Assembly (NCBI GenBank): GCA_965203485.1 | Contig: OZ241892.1 | Coordinates: 128,001 to 192,000, forward strand | Length of the DNA: 64,000 bases | Direction of reading: 5' to 3' | From: Longimicrobiales bacterium | Lineage (GTDB): Bacteria > Gemmatimonadota > Gemmatimonadetes > Longimicrobiales > Gaopeijiaceae | Position numbers and translations under genes: made by a program | Shown here: positions 26,097 to 37,692 of the stretch, one piece after another | How the letters are laid out: every line of letters begins with the position of its first letter | Position numbering within the stretch: the stretch's first letter is position 1 | The notes under the pieces: model-generated | What the model was told of the DNA's origin: nothing | Seen by the model: the letters and a program-made list of their open reading frames with translations, nothing else | Databases searched by the model: none

Positions 26097-28172
26097 ATGT
26101 CGCTTCGCCGGTGCCGATTTCGGGGGACTGGGCCACGCTCCAGGGCGGAGTTCGCCGGTGCCCGTCCGTCGGCTCCGAACTCGCGGGGCCGGTTTGCAGG
26201 CGAAGGGTGCGGTCCCGCTCGCCCCGAGCCCGGCGGACCGGAGCCGGCGCGCGCGGATGCCGCGGGGGGGCGTCTCGTGGCCGACGGGCCGTTGCCTCTC
26301 CTGCACCGCGCCGCGATCGCGTACTTGGCGGCGCCGCTCGGCTTGTGGCTTCTGGGGTGGCTTCGCCTCGAGGTCGCCGTCCCTGCCGCGGCGTTGCTCG
26401 CGGCAGGCCTCTGGCGAACTTTGTCCGGCCCCTGGAGGACGGCGCGGCCCTCCCGGACCGCCGCCGTCTTGGTTCTCGCGTCCCTAGCGCTGGTGGCGTT
26501 GACGCCGGCCGGCGGGATTCTGGTCGACGCGACGTTCCTCAACTGGCCGACGCACCGTGGGGTCCTGCTGGACTTGGTCCGAGGACGATGGCCCGCCTAT
26601 CTGCCGGACTACTTGGGCAACGGCCCCTTGCTGCTTCGCTACTACCTGGGATGGTACCTCCCGCCTGCGCTTGCGGCTCGGGCAACGGGAGTCGCCTCGC
26701 TGGACTGGGCCGTGCCGCTGTGGACCTGGCTCGGCCTCGCTTTGTTCGCGCTGTTGGCTGCGCGCCCGTACCAGACTCTTCGCGCTGCGCTGATCGCCGT
26801 CGCCGTCTTGTTCTTCTTCAACGGCTTGGACCCGTTGGACGACCGGTTGGCGGCGTTGCTGGAAGCGTTTGCGGACGCGCCGGCTCCGGCCGAGTCGCTT
26901 CACTACGACTCCTTCTATTGGATGTTCCATTCTGGTCCGCAGCACGCCGCGACCGCGGGATTGGGCACGCTCCTTCTTCTTCAGCTCAGGAATCATCCAC
27001 GCTTCCTTGGGGCGGGCGGAGTCGTCTGGACGACATGCGCGTTTTGGTCGCCGATCGCGGCGCTCGGATTGGCTCCCCTGGCGGCGGCCTCGCTCGTCCG
27101 CCGCGGACGGCTTCGCGCAACGCTCAGCTGGCAGAACGCGGCGGCGTTGCCGCTGGCCGGTCTCGTGGCGCTGTACCTGGCTGGCGGGGAAGTCGGCTTC
27201 CCGCGGGCCTGGGTCTGGAACCTGTGGGAAGATCCGTGGCACCTCGCCGCGCGCTTGGCGCTTCTTTACGCGACGGAGTTTCTCGTGGTCGCCGTTCTCG
27301 TCTGGCGCGCCGCGCCGGCGACGGCCCGCGAGCCCTGCTTCGTTGCGGCGCTCGTCGCGCTGCTGGCGGCTCCTCTCTTCTTCTACGGAACGAATCCGTA
27401 CAGCGAGTGGACCGTGAAGTTTTCCCTTGCAGCGCAGGTCGCCGTGGCTTATTGCGCCGCCTGGGTCCTGGCCGGCCGCTCGCCGAAAGCGTTGGGCGCC
27501 ACCACAGCGCCGACGCATGGAGGAGCGGGCCTCCTCGCGGCCGTTCCGGCGCAGGCGTTGGGGATGCGGCCGCGGCGCGGCCGTTCCGTCGCGTACTGGT
27601 TGCTGGCAGGAGCGCTGGTGGTTGGGGCTGTTCCGATGTTGCGGACCATGGCGCGCTCGCGTTTTCATCCCGTGGCCCACGAGTGGACAGGCGAGTCGTT
27701 GATCACCGACGTCCGCTGGGACTTCGTGCGGCAACGGACCGCTTCGAAACTTCCCCGTCTCTTGGCAGTCGTGCTGCGCGGCCCGCACTCGGCGGCCGGC
27801 GGCTTGGGCGCCCGGGTGATTGAAGCGAGGTACGACCTGCATCTCGATGGCCGGAGTCGTCTTGTCTACGCGCGGCGGGATTGCGACCTGGAATCGGAGT
27901 TGCGCACGTGGCTGTTTCTCGAAGTGCACTACGACGACGCCGACCGGTTGCCGTGGCGGTCGAACCGTCCGCCGTGGGACGAATGGACGGTGCGGGCGAG
28001 CCACGACGGACGAGAGCGTCTGCTGATGCGCTTGGAGCCCCGGCACTTCAAGGACGGGGGTTGCATCGCCGGAGCGCGCCTGCGCAGCGACGGTCCCATC
28101 CGCATCCGAACCGGCCAGCTCGGGGTTGGAGGGCGGACGCTGTGGGAGGCCGAGGCTCGGCTGAACGAGTGA
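26097..28172 (+). CDS. GT-C-like polytopic membrane protein, paralog 3
   Basis: Same motif series. Start is 26097 (ATG) or 26277 (GTG). Confidence 0.7.
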   Translation: MSLRRCRFRGTGPRSRAEFAGARPSAPNSRGRFAGEGCGPARPEPGGPEPARADAAGGRLVADGPLPLLHRAAIAYLAAPLGLWLLGWLRLEVAVPAAALLAAGLWRTLSGPWRTARPSRTAAVLVLASLALVALTPAGGILVDATFLNWPTHRGVLLDLVRGRWPAYLPDYLGNGPLLLRYYLGWYLPPALAARATGVASLDWAVPLWTWLGLALFALLAARPYQTLRAALIAVAVLFFFNGLDPLDDRLAALLEAFADAPAPAESLHYDSFYWMFHSGPQHAATAGLGTLLLLQLRNHPRFLGAGGVVWTTCAFWSPIAALGLAPLAAASLVRRGRLRATLSWQNAAALPLAGLVALYLAGGEVGFPRAWVWNLWEDPWHLAARLALLYATEFLVVAVLVWRAAPATAREPCFVAALVALLAAPLFFYGTNPYSEWTVKFSLAAQVAVAYCAAWVLAGRSPKALGATTAPTHGGAGLLAAVPAQALGMRPRRGRSVAYWLLAGALVVGAVPMLRTMARSRFHPVAHEWTGESLITDVRWDFVRQRTASKLPRLLAVVLRGPHSAAGGLGARVIEARYDLHLDGRSRLVYARRDCDLESELRTWLFLEVHYDDADRLPWRSNRPPWDEWTVRASHDGRERLLMRLEPRHFKDGGCIAGARLRSDGPIRIRTGQLGVGGRTLWEAEARLNE

Positions 28173-28263
28173 CGGACGGACGTGGCCGGCGTATCTTGGA
28201 AGCACGGGCGGCGCGACCGACGGGACGCTGCTCGCGAGGCGCCCCCCGAACGGAGGCAACCCA

Positions 28264-28677
28264 GTGAGAAGGCGAGCCGCATCCACCTTCGAAGTGACCC
28301 GGTGGGAACCCAAGTCCAGCGAGGAGTCCGGCGATCGTCCGGTGTTCGGCGAGGTCCTCGTGACGAAGCGCTATTCGGGCGACTTGGCCGGCGAGGGACG
28401 CGCCCGGCTCCTGACGTGCCAAGCCGACCCCGCCGACCGGAGTCTCGGGGCGGGCTATGTCGCGTCCGAGCGGATCTCCGCGACGCTCGACGGCAGGGAA
28501 GGGACCTTCGTCCTGCACCACTGGGGCGCGGTGGCGCCGGGCGTGCCGCCCCGGACCGGCGGTCATGTCGTGCCGGGGTCGGGGACCGGCGGCTTGGCCG
28601 GTTTGGCGGGCGAAATCGAGATCGCGGTTGCCCCCGGCGGAACGCACACGTTGCGACTGGACTACGCGATCGGATAG
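28264..28677 (+). CDS. DUF3224-family protein
   Basis: TFEVTRWE, YSGDLAGEG, GYVASERISATLDGREGTFVLHH and VVPGSGTGGLAGLAG. GGAGG RBS. Confidence 0.85.
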   Translation: MRRRAASTFEVTRWEPKSSEESGDRPVFGEVLVTKRYSGDLAGEGRARLLTCQADPADRSLGAGYVASERISATLDGREGTFVLHHWGAVAPGVPPRTGGHVVPGSGTGGLAGLAGEIEIAVAPGGTHTLRLDYAIG

Positions 28678-28863
28678 TGCGCCCGCCCGCGCCCGCCCGG
28701 GCGACGCAGCCGTCGGCCGGGAACCTCGCCCGCCGGTCTATGCGGGACGCCGGTCCGGTAGCGCGACCCCCGGCGAAGCGAGCCCGCCCATCCGTGCTTG
28801 CCGCCGAAGCCGGCGGCGCCTTGGTCCCGCTGGGATGGCCGATGGCCGAGCGAGTCCCGCCCC

Positions 28864-29271
28864 CTACTCGCCGTTGCTGTCGGCCGCCCCGCCGCCGGCC
28901 GGCTTCGGAAAGAACTGGTCTACGAGAACCGGATTGCCGTCCGGGTCTTTGAAGGCGATCGAAGCCGGCCCGTCTCCAGCGGGGTCGGCGTCGCTTGTCA
29001 GTTCGACGCCGGCCGCCAGCAACGACTCGCGAATCTCGCGAACGTCCCTGAACGTCTCGAGCCGCTTGCCGTCCTGCGTCAAGCCCGGATTGAACGTGAG
29101 CACGTTCTTCTCGAACATGCCTTCGAAGAGCCCGACGACCGAAGCGCCGTTGACCATGATCGCGTACCCCTCGCCGCCGCCCGTGCGCGAGAATCCCAGC
29201 TTTTCGTAGAACGCCTGAGAAGCGCCGAGGTCCTTGACCGCCAAGCTGATCGAGAACGCGCCGAGCTGCAT
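28864..29271 (-). CDS. VOC/glyoxalase-family protein
   Basis: [27 protein letters not shown]...[17 protein letters not shown]...[11 protein letters not shown]. Confidence 0.9.
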   Translation of the reverse strand: MQLGAFSISLAVKDLGASQAFYEKLGFSRTGGGEGYAIMVNGASVVGLFEGMFEKNVLTFNPGLTQDGKRLETFRDVREIRESLLAAGVELTSDADPAGDGPASIAFKDPDGNPVLVDQFFPKPAGGGAADSNGE

Positions 29272-29438
29272 GTCCACCCCCTGTTGCAACGGTGCCGCGG
29301 AAGACTTTCGCCCTCGGCCTCCGTTCGTTGTCCTCCTGTGCGAAGGCCGGACGGACAAGTTGCGCTTCGGGCGCTCGGCGCGACAGCTTTCCTCCGCATT
29401 CCGGCGCCGTCGGCCGGGAACGAACCGAAAGATCGGCC

Positions 29439-31046
29439 ATGTATCCGAGCGCGACCAAACCCGCGGCGTCCCGACTCGCCGGAGGTTGCGTGGCTTGCGC
29501 GGTCGCTTTGTCGGGGGCTTGCTCGCTCGCGCCGAGTCCGCGCGTGGCGGCGCCGGTGGACGACGTGCCCGCGGCGTTTGCCGCCGCCGAGTCGCCGGAC
29601 CATCCGGACGCCCTCCCCCGCCTGCTGGGCGACGGGGCGACCCGCTGGTGGGCCGCCTTCCAAGACCCGGCCCTCGAAGCGGTCGTCGACTCGGTCCTGG
29701 CGTCCAACTTCGATCTGGCCGAGGCGGTGGCCCGCGTCCGCCAAGCGCGGGCGCAGGCGCGCATCGCCAAGGCGCCGTTGTTGCCTTCGGTCGGCATCTC
29801 CGGAGGCGTCGTCGACCAGGACACGCCGGCGAACGCGGGACTGGGCGCGCAGTTTCGCGCCTTGGGAATCGGGACCGGCGAGGCCGGCTCGGACTCGGTC
29901 GCGCCGCTGTTCGAGCGGCTGGCCTTCACCACGTATTCCGCCAGCCTCGACTTCTCTTACGAACTCGACTTCTGGGGACGGGCCCGCAACGACGCGCGCG
30001 CCGCCGCCGGCGAATACCTGGCGTCGGAATCCGACTTGCTCGCGGCCCGCATCGCTGTCGTCTCCGAGGCCATCTCCACGTACTTCGAGATCGCCGACCT
30101 GCGCACGCGGGTCGCGCTGGCTCGTAGGGCCGTGGGCGTGTCGAGCGAACGCGCGACCTTGGCGGAGGCCCGCTACGAAAGAGGATTGATCCCGTCCTTC
30201 CGGCTCTACCAAGTCCGGCAGGACCTGCTGGCGACGCGCGCGGCCCTGCCGGCGTTGGAGACGGCGCTTGCCTCCGCCGAAGGACGCTTGGCCGTGCTGG
30301 CCGGCCGCTACGTGGGCGACCTCGACGCCGTGTTGCCCGACTCGCTCGCGCCGAGTCTGCCTCGCGGCGCGCCGTCGCCGGGCGCACCGGCGGCCTTGCT
30401 CCTGCAACGTCCCGACGTGCGCTCGGCGGCCCAGCGCGCCGAGGCCGCCCGCCTTCGCCTCGCCGCGCGCCGGGCGGACCTGCTGCCGTCGCTGTCTCTC
30501 GCGGGCTCGATTGGGTACCAGAGCGCCGACGCGGGGGGACTCTTCGACGCGAGCCAGTGGTTTCGCAACTTGGTGGCCAACCTTGCGGCCCCGCTGTTCA
30601 TGGGCGGGCGCTTGCGGGGCGCCGTGGCCGTCGCCGAAGCGCAGTTCGATCAGGCCGCGGCGGCGTTCGGGCGGGCGGTCGTCGTCGCCGTCGCCGAGGT
30701 CGAAGCGGCCCTGGTGCGGTTTCGCAACGACGAACGCCGCCGTGCCTTCCTGCAATCGGAAGTGGAGGAGGCTCGAGCGTCGGCGGAGCTTCAGGCGCGC
30801 CGGTACGCCGGGGGCGCAGGAGGCTACGCCGACTACTTGGACGCCGAGAGGAACCTGCTGAACGTGGAGCTGGCCCTGGCGACCTCCCGCCGCGACGTGG
30901 CGGTGGCGCGCTTGGCCGTGCACCGTGCGCTGGGCGGCACATGGTTCCAGCCGGCCGGAGAGACGGAGCCGGCCGGGGACGAGGCAGCGCTCGCCGGGAC
31001 CGAGCCTCTTCCACCCGCCATCCCCAACCAGGGCCGGGCCCGGTGA
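29439..31046 (+). CDS. RND efflux outer-membrane factor lipoprotein (NodT/OprM-like)
   Basis: Lipobox [35 protein letters not shown] and RALGGTW. Confidence 0.93.
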   Translation: MYPSATKPAASRLAGGCVACAVALSGACSLAPSPRVAAPVDDVPAAFAAAESPDHPDALPRLLGDGATRWWAAFQDPALEAVVDSVLASNFDLAEAVARVRQARAQARIAKAPLLPSVGISGGVVDQDTPANAGLGAQFRALGIGTGEAGSDSVAPLFERLAFTTYSASLDFSYELDFWGRARNDARAAAGEYLASESDLLAARIAVVSEAISTYFEIADLRTRVALARRAVGVSSERATLAEARYERGLIPSFRLYQVRQDLLATRAALPALETALASAEGRLAVLAGRYVGDLDAVLPDSLAPSLPRGAPSPGAPAALLLQRPDVRSAAQRAEAARLRLAARRADLLPSLSLAGSIGYQSADAGGLFDASQWFRNLVANLAAPLFMGGRLRGAVAVAEAQFDQAAAAFGRAVVVAVAEVEAALVRFRNDERRRAFLQSEVEEARASAELQARRYAGGAGGYADYLDAERNLLNVELALATSRRDVAVARLAVHRALGGTWFQPAGETEPAGDEAALAGTEPLPPAIPNQGRAR

Positions 31047-32326
31047 GCGACCGCCGAGACTGGGCGCTTGCGGGCGGCATTCTCCTGGCCGCCGTCGTCG
31101 TGGTCGTCGCCATGGTTGCATTGCGTCCCGAAGTTCCTCCCAGAGCCGTGCCGTCGCGAGTTCCTGTGGTGACGGTGGTGGCCGCCGAGCCTGGGCACGG
31201 GGCGATCGGGGTCCTCGCTTCCGGCTCCGTGCGCCCACGCGCGGAGATCGAGGTGGCGGCCGAAGTCGCGGGGAAGGTCGCGTGGGTGAACCCCGCCTTC
31301 CGCAGCGGCGGACGCGTTCGCGAAGGCGATGCGCTGTTTCGGGTCGACGACGCGGACTACCGCAACAGGGTCCGCCAAGCGCGCGCCAACGTGGCCGCCC
31401 AGCAGGTCGCGTTGTTGCGCGCCGAGGAGGAAGCGCGCGTGGCCCGGATGGAGTACGAGCGGTTCCGGCAGCGCAGAGGCGAGGGCGCGGACGTCGTGGC
31501 GACGCCGCTGGCGCTGCACCAGCCGCAGATGGAGGCGGCGCGGGCCGCGCTGGCCCGCGACAGCGCCGCGTTGGCGAGCGCCGAACTGGCTTTGGCCCGC
31601 ACGCATGTTCGCGCGCCCTTCGACGCGTTCGTCAGGTCCGAGTCGGTGGACGAAGGCCGGTTCGTTGCGATCGGCCAAGGCGTCGGCCGCCTCTACGCCG
31701 AAGACGCGTACGAAGTGGCGCTCGCGCTGACGGACGCCGACGCGGCCCTCCTGCCCGGGCTCTGGCGAATGGGCGCCGGCGCCCGCCGGGACAGGACGCC
31801 CGCCGAGGTGGTCGCCAGATACGGATCCGCCCGGTACGCTTGGAGCGGCTACGTGGACAGAGCCGAAACGGCGCTCAGCGAGCGGACGCGCGCGATCACC
31901 GTGGTCGTCAGAGTGCCCCGCCCGTTCTCGCCGGGCACGCGAGTGGGCGCCGTCCCGGGGGCGCTTTTTGAAGTGGACGGCGAGCCGGAGGCGGGAGACG
32001 CCGAACGCGGAGCCGCAGGCCCGCCCCTCTTGGTCGGGCAGTTCGTAGACGTGCGGATCGACGGCGTCGCGCCGGAGCGTTGGTGGGCGATGCCGCGCAG
32101 GGCGTTGCGGGCCGGCGACGAGGTCTGGGCTCTCGCCGACGACAGCACGCTGACGATCGTTCCAGTGCGCGTGCTCCAGCACGCCGAGGAGATGGTGTAC
32201 TTGACCGGCGAGTTGCCGCCCGGGCACCGCGTGGTGACGGAGGGAATCGCCGTTGCCACGGAGGGGATGCGCGTCTCGGTCTCCGTCGGCTCCGGCGACC
32301 TGCCCGCGCCCGCCGTCGTCCGTTGA
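31043..32326 (+). CDS. RND efflux periplasmic adaptor (MFP)
   Basis: TM anchor, EVAGKV...GGRVREGDALF, VRAPFD and LVGQFVDV. GTGA overlap with the OMF stop. Confidence 0.92.
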   Translation: MSDRRDWALAGGILLAAVVVVVAMVALRPEVPPRAVPSRVPVVTVVAAEPGHGAIGVLASGSVRPRAEIEVAAEVAGKVAWVNPAFRSGGRVREGDALFRVDDADYRNRVRQARANVAAQQVALLRAEEEARVARMEYERFRQRRGEGADVVATPLALHQPQMEAARAALARDSAALASAELALARTHVRAPFDAFVRSESVDEGRFVAIGQGVGRLYAEDAYEVALALTDADAALLPGLWRMGAGARRDRTPAEVVARYGSARYAWSGYVDRAETALSERTRAITVVVRVPRPFSPGTRVGAVPGALFEVDGEPEAGDAERGAAGPPLLVGQFVDVRIDGVAPERWWAMPRRALRAGDEVWALADDSTLTIVPVRVLQHAEEMVYLTGELPPGHRVVTEGIAVATEGMRVSVSVGSGDLPAPAVVR

Positions 32327-35300
32327 CCCCGCGCCCGCGGGCCCGCGGCGCCGTCGCCTACATGGCGCGAAACGGCGTGGCCGCGAACCTCCTCATGTGC
32401 TTCATCCTGGCGGCGGGCGTGCTCTCCGTCGGTGGGCTGGTGCAGGAAGTCTTCCCGTCGTTTTCGCTGGACCAAGTCCGCGTGTTCGTCGCCTACCCCG
32501 GCGCCACGCCCGACGAGGTGGAGGAATCGGTCGTCCGCAAGATCGAAGAACAGATCAGAAGCGTGGACGACGTCAGCCAGATCACTTCGACGGCGGCCGA
32601 GGGCTACGGTTTCGTGCTCGCCGAACTCAGGCTGGGAACCGACGCCGCGCGGGTCCTCGCCGACATCAAGGCGCAGGTCGACCGCATTCAGACGTTCCCC
32701 GTCGGCGCGCAGCGCCCGGAGGTGTCAGAAGTCGCGATCCGCAAGAGCGTCTTGCGCTTGGCCCTGTACGGCGACGTGCCGGAGCGCGCCCTGAAGGAGA
32801 TCGCCTATCGCACGGAGGACCAGTTGGCCGCCCTGCCCAGCGTCTCCGTTGTGGAGACCAGCGGGGTTCGCGCCTATGAAATCTCGATCGAGGTCTCTCT
32901 CCGCCGGCTTCGAGCGCTCGGCTTGACCTTGGCCGACGTGTCGGAGGCCGTTCGGAGGGGCTCGTTGGACCTGTCGGCGGGCAGCATCGACGCGCGCGGC
33001 GAGCAGGTGCGGGTCCGCACCGTCGGCCGCAACTACGAGCAGCAGGACTTCGAGGAGATCGTCGTGCTGGGCGGCCCCGGCGGCGCCACGGTGCGCTTGG
33101 GCGACATCGCCGAAGTGAGCGACGGATTTCGCGACGTGGACCTCGTTACCCGCTATCGAGGACAGCGGGCGGCGTTCCTGGAAGTCTTCCGCACGTCCGA
33201 CGAGCAGGTCCTCGAAGTCGCCGGGGCGGTCATTGACCATCTTGACCACGTCGTAGCGCCGTCGTTGCCGGCCGGCGTGCAAATCGAGGTTTGGAGCAAC
33301 GACGCGAGCGTGTTCGAAGACAGGCTGGCCCTGCTGCGCAAGAACGCGTTCATCGGCCTTCTTCTGGTGTTGGCCGCCCTGGCGCTCTTCCTGGAGGCCA
33401 GCTTGGCATTCTGGGTGGCCGTTGGAATCGGCGTGTCGTTCGTCGGCACGTTCGCGGTGATGCTGGCGCTGGACGTTTCCGTCAACATGCTGTCGATGTT
33501 CGCGTTCATCCTGGCCGTCGGCATCGTCGTCGACGACGCCATCGTGGTGGGAGAGAACATCCATGCCGCGCGCGAGCAGGGCTTTTCCGGAACGGAAGCC
33601 GCCATACGCGGAACAGAACGGATCAAGAAGTTGGTCGTCTTCGCGGTGCTGACGACCGTGGTCGCCTTTTCGCCGCTCCTTTTCCTGCCCGGCATCACGG
33701 GCAAGTTCCTCAAGACGATTCCGGTGATCGTCATTTCGGTCCTGCTTCTCTCTCTAGTGGAGTCTCTGCTTGTTCTCCCCAACCATCTCGCGCGCTCCGG
33801 GGCGAAGGGCGGCGCACCGCGGTTCTTTGCCGGCCGCCTCCTTGCGCGCGCCCGGCGAGGCGTCGGCGACGCCTTGGCCCGCTTCACCGAGGGGCCGCTC
33901 GACAAGGCGTTGCGCGTTGCCACCGGCCGGCCTCAAGTGGTAGTGGCCGCCAGCGTTTCGATGCTCGTCCTTTGCTTGGCGATGGTGTCGGCAGGCATCG
34001 TCAAGATGGAATACGTTCCGGGCACGGAGGCGGACGTGGTGCGCGCCAGCCTCGAAATGCCCGCTGGCACGCCGGGCGAGCGTACCGCCGAGGTGGCCGC
34101 CGAACTGGAGGCGGCGGGCCACCGCGCGGCGGAACGGCTGTCGGAGCGTCGTGGCGAGGGAGCCCCGCCGTTGGTCGAGGCGGTGAACTTGACGGTCGGA
34201 GAAGGTGCGCGCCTGCCCAACCCGCTCGCGCTGGATCCCATCGGCGACCCGAGGGGCAACGTGGGCGCGGTCGAGTTCAAGCTCCTCGAGGCCGAACGCC
34301 GCACGACGTCGGCAGCGCTCTTCCGCGACGTCTGGCGCGAAGAGGCGAATGTCGTGCGCGGCGCGCGGGCGCTTTCGTTCAACTCGGAGCTGATCGCCTT
34401 CGAGGCGCCCGTCCAGGTCGAGCTGTCGCACGCCGACCCGCAGGCCTTGGCGGCGGCCAGCGAGGACTTGGCGGGACTCTTGCGCGCCTCCACGGGCGTC
34501 TTCGACGTGCGGAGCGACTACGACGAGGGATTCGCCGAACTCCAGATCGAGCTCAGAGAAGAGGGCCGCGCTCTGGGCGTCGAGCTCGACCGGCTGGCCC
34601 GGCAGGTTCGGGCGGCGTTCTTCGGAGACGAGGCGTTGCGCGTGCAGCGGGGCAGGGAGGACGTTCCCGTCTACGTCCGGTTGCCGGAGGACGACCGCAA
34701 TGCAGTCGCGGACGTGGAGCGCTTTCTGGTGCGGACGCCGGACGGCGGCGAAGCGCCGTTGGACAGGGTCGCTTCGGTTCGGCTGGCCAGCTCCCCGGCC
34801 GCGATCCAGAGAAAGAACGGGAGGCGCATAGCGACGGTGCGTGCCGACGTGGACGCGGCGGTGACCACCGGCGGAGAAGTCTCGGACGCCCTCGCCGCGT
34901 CGGTTCTCCCGGAACTGGGCCGGAGGCACCCCGGCCTCGAGCACGCGTTCGCGGGGCAGCAGCAGGAACAGGCCGGCTTCTTGGCCGACCTTCGTCGCGG
35001 CTTCCTGCTCGCAAGCGTCGGCATCTTTGCCTTGCTGGCCGTTCCGTTTGCCTCGTACGCCAAGCCGCTGATAGTGATGGCGGCGATTCCATTCGGAATG
35101 ATCGGGGCCATTTTGGGACACATGCTGCTGGGCCTCAACCTGAGCATCATGTCGGTCGCGGGCATCGTCGGCTTGAGCGGCGTGGTGGTCAACGACTCGC
35201 TTGTGATGATCGACTTCATCCAGGAACGCTTGCGCCAAGGCATGTCCGCCCGCGAAGCGGTCGTCGACGGAGCGAAGGCTCGCTTTCGCCCGATCTTCCT

Positions 35301-35502
35301 CACGTCGCTGACGACTTTTCTGGGCGTGTCGCCGCTCGTGTTCGAGCGTAGCCTCCAGGCGCAGTTTCTTGTGCCGATCGCTGCGTCGCTGGGCTTCGGA
35401 ATCGTCTTCGGCACGGCCGTCTTGATGGTATTCGTGCCTGCCTTGGCCATGATGCACCTCGACTTCGAGACGTGGCGATCGGCCCGACGAGCCCCGGCGT
35501 AG
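32323..35502 (+). CDS. RND efflux permease (AcrB/AcrD/AcrF family)
   Basis: NGVAANLLM, GIVVDDAIVVGENI, GVVVNDS and RFRPIFLTSLTT. Start TTG 32323 or ATG 32362. Confidence 0.95.
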   Translation: MTPRPRARGAVAYMARNGVAANLLMCFILAAGVLSVGGLVQEVFPSFSLDQVRVFVAYPGATPDEVEESVVRKIEEQIRSVDDVSQITSTAAEGYGFVLAELRLGTDAARVLADIKAQVDRIQTFPVGAQRPEVSEVAIRKSVLRLALYGDVPERALKEIAYRTEDQLAALPSVSVVETSGVRAYEISIEVSLRRLRALGLTLADVSEAVRRGSLDLSAGSIDARGEQVRVRTVGRNYEQQDFEEIVVLGGPGGATVRLGDIAEVSDGFRDVDLVTRYRGQRAAFLEVFRTSDEQVLEVAGAVIDHLDHVVAPSLPAGVQIEVWSNDASVFEDRLALLRKNAFIGLLLVLAALALFLEASLAFWVAVGIGVSFVGTFAVMLALDVSVNMLSMFAFILAVGIVVDDAIVVGENIHAAREQGFSGTEAAIRGTERIKKLVVFAVLTTVVAFSPLLFLPGITGKFLKTIPVIVISVLLLSLVESLLVLPNHLARSGAKGGAPRFFAGRLLARARRGVGDALARFTEGPLDKALRVATGRPQVVVAASVSMLVLCLAMVSAGIVKMEYVPGTEADVVRASLEMPAGTPGERTAEVAAELEAAGHRAAERLSERRGEGAPPLVEAVNLTVGEGARLPNPLALDPIGDPRGNVGAVEFKLLEAERRTTSAALFRDVWREEANVVRGARALSFNSELIAFEAPVQVELSHADPQALAAASEDLAGLLRASTGVFDVRSDYDEGFAELQIELREEGRALGVELDRLARQVRAAFFGDEALRVQRGREDVPVYVRLPEDDRNAVADVERFLVRTPDGGEAPLDRVASVRLASSPAAIQRKNGRRIATVRADVDAAVTTGGEVSDALAASVLPELGRRHPGLEHAFAGQQQEQAGFLADLRRGFLLASVGIFALLAVPFASYAKPLIVMAAIPFGMIGAILGHMLLGLNLSIMSVAGIVGLSGVVVNDSLVMIDFIQERLRQGMSAREAVVDGAKARFRPIFLTSLTTFLGVSPLVFERSLQAQFLVPIAASLGFGIVFGTAVLMVFVPALAMMHLDFETWRSARRAPA

Positions 35503-37385
35503 ACCAGTGCCCGCAACGCGAGTTGCCGCTTCTTCACCGGGCGGCAATCGTCTACCTGGTGTTGCCGCTGGCCGTTTGGCTGCTGGGATGGTTCCGCCCG
35601 TGGGTGGGCCTGCCCGCCGTTGCGCTTCTCGCGGCGGGACTTTGGCGCGCGCTCTCCGGGCGGTGGAGGATCCGCGTTTCTTCGCGCGCCGTCGTGGCGG
35701 CGCTGTTCGCGGCCGCCGTGCTGACGATGCTGACCGAGGCGGGCGGCGTGCTGCGCTATTCGGAGGACTGGCGGGGCTACCGCGCGATGTTCCTGGACTT
35801 GTCGTGGGGCGAATGGCCGACGTGGCTGACGAACTACCTGGGCGCGCCGGAGTTGCTGCGCTACTACCTGGGCTACTTCATGATGCCGTCGCTGGCGGCG
35901 CGGCTGTTCGGGGCCGGGGCGCTGGACTGGGCGGTGCCGCTGTGGACGTGGTGCGGCACGGCGCTGGCGCTGCTGCTGTGGACGCGCGGCCTCCGGAGCC
36001 TGCGCGCGGCGGCGCTGGCGGTTGCGGCGCTCTTCTTGTTCGGCGGAATGGATGTGCTGGACCATTTCCTGGCACAGGGGCTGGCCGCCGCCGAGGACGC
36101 TCCAGCCGACAGGCACGGCGTCTACTTCAGTCTCATCTGGTTCTTCCGCGCGGTGCCCCATCACTTCATCGCGAACGTTCTGGCGGTTGCGCTGTTGCTC
36201 CAGCTCAAGGACAACCCGCGCTTCCTGGCGGCGGGCGCGATCGTATTGGCGGCGTGCTTCTTCTGGGCGGCGTTGTCGGCCACCGGCTTGGTCCCGCTGG
36301 CGGTCGCGGCCGTGATCGGCAGGAAGCGCGCGCTGGCGGCGCTGAGCTGGCAGAACCTGTGCGTGGCGTTGCCATTGGGTGCGCTTGTGGCGTTGTACCT
36401 GGCGAGCGGCAAGATGGACTTCGAGTCCGGATGGGTATCGAGTCGGTGGGAAAGCGCTTGGCGCTTCGGCGCTCGCCTGGGCGTCTTGTACGCGACGGAG
36501 TTTGCCGCCTTGGCCTTCGTTCTGTGGCGCGTCGGAGGAGGACTTGCACGCGGACGGTTCTTCGCCGCCGCGGTGACTGCGCTGCCGTTGGCGCAGGTGT
36601 GGTACTACGGACATAACGAGTTCAACGAGTGGGGCGTCAAGTTCGCGGTGCCGTTGCTCCTTGTGCTCGCCTACTGCGCGTCGCGGGCCGTCACGGGCCG
36701 CTTGCCCGAGATGCGGTCGGCGGCCGGTGCAGCCGCGGCCGGTCGGCCCATCGCGTTCTGGACGCTGGCAGGAATGCTGGTGGTCGGGGCGCGTTCGTGG
36801 TTGGGAGTCGGCCCCATGGCCGGCATGGCGATTGCACCTGTCTCCTATGCTTGGTCCGGCGAGTCCGTGATGACGGACATGGACGTCTACGCAATCGAGC
36901 AACGGACCGCGCGTCACCCTCCCCGTATGCTAAGGGCGCTGCTGCGCCACGCCGAAGCTGGGGGAGGCCGCGAAGGCGACCTGGTCGCGGCCCGCGATGG
37001 AATCGAAGTGCATCTGGAGGGACGCAACCGGCTCGTGTACGTGAGACGCGACTGCCGCGCGGAGTCCAACGTCCGGACATGGTTGTTCCTCGAGACCGAG
37101 GCCGGGACCGCGCCCGCGCGGCGGACCGGCGTCGGCGCGGACTGGCCGCCCTACGACGTGGCGGCCGCCCCACGGCCCGCGAGGCACTTTCGCTGGATCC
37201 TCCGCTCCCGGGACTCGGACAGCGATCTTCTCTGGCGGCGCTTGCAGACTCCGTTGGCCGGGCACCGCGACGGCGGCTGCGTTTGGGTCGCCGTGTTGCC
37301 GCGCCATGCGGTGGCGCGGGTACGCACTGGCCAACTGGACCCCGCAGGCCGCGCGATGTGGGAAGCCGCGTTGCAGCTCCCGTGA
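35472..37385 (+). CDS. GT-C-like polytopic membrane protein, paralog 4
   Basis: LGWFRPW, EDWRGYRAMF, LLRYYLGY and RTGQLD...MWE. The start overlaps the RND permease end. Confidence 0.7.
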   Translation: MAIGPTSPGVDQCPQRELPLLHRAAIVYLVLPLAVWLLGWFRPWVGLPAVALLAAGLWRALSGRWRIRVSSRAVVAALFAAAVLTMLTEAGGVLRYSEDWRGYRAMFLDLSWGEWPTWLTNYLGAPELLRYYLGYFMMPSLAARLFGAGALDWAVPLWTWCGTALALLLWTRGLRSLRAAALAVAALFLFGGMDVLDHFLAQGLAAAEDAPADRHGVYFSLIWFFRAVPHHFIANVLAVALLLQLKDNPRFLAAGAIVLAACFFWAALSATGLVPLAVAAVIGRKRALAALSWQNLCVALPLGALVALYLASGKMDFESGWVSSRWESAWRFGARLGVLYATEFAALAFVLWRVGGGLARGRFFAAAVTALPLAQVWYYGHNEFNEWGVKFAVPLLLVLAYCASRAVTGRLPEMRSAAGAAAAGRPIAFWTLAGMLVVGARSWLGVGPMAGMAIAPVSYAWSGESVMTDMDVYAIEQRTARHPPRMLRALLRHAEAGGGREGDLVAARDGIEVHLEGRNRLVYVRRDCRAESNVRTWLFLETEAGTAPARRTGVGADWPPYDVAAAPRPARHFRWILRSRDSDSDLLWRRLQTPLAGHRDGGCVWVAVLPRHAVARVRTGQLDPAGRAMWEAALQLP

Positions 37386-37692
37386 GCGCCGGCTCGCGCC
37401 GCGCCGACCACCGACGATCGGCCAACCCGGGGCCACTGAGTGGGTCCCGCTTCCCGCTCGGGCGCGCCAGGACGAGCCGCCATGACGATGTCCCGTGCGC
37501 GGGCCAAGACGCCCCTTGGCTTCATGGCCGGGCGTACGCGCCGGGGCAAGCGCCAGGACTTGGCGCGACGGGCGCCGGCACGTGTCGGCGCGGCCTCGAA
37601 ACCGGGCGAACGGCTTGGCGAGCCCGCCGAGTACCTGGCGTGGCACGCGCCTGCGATTGGGAGCTGGACCTCGAGACAAAGCGCGCTACCCG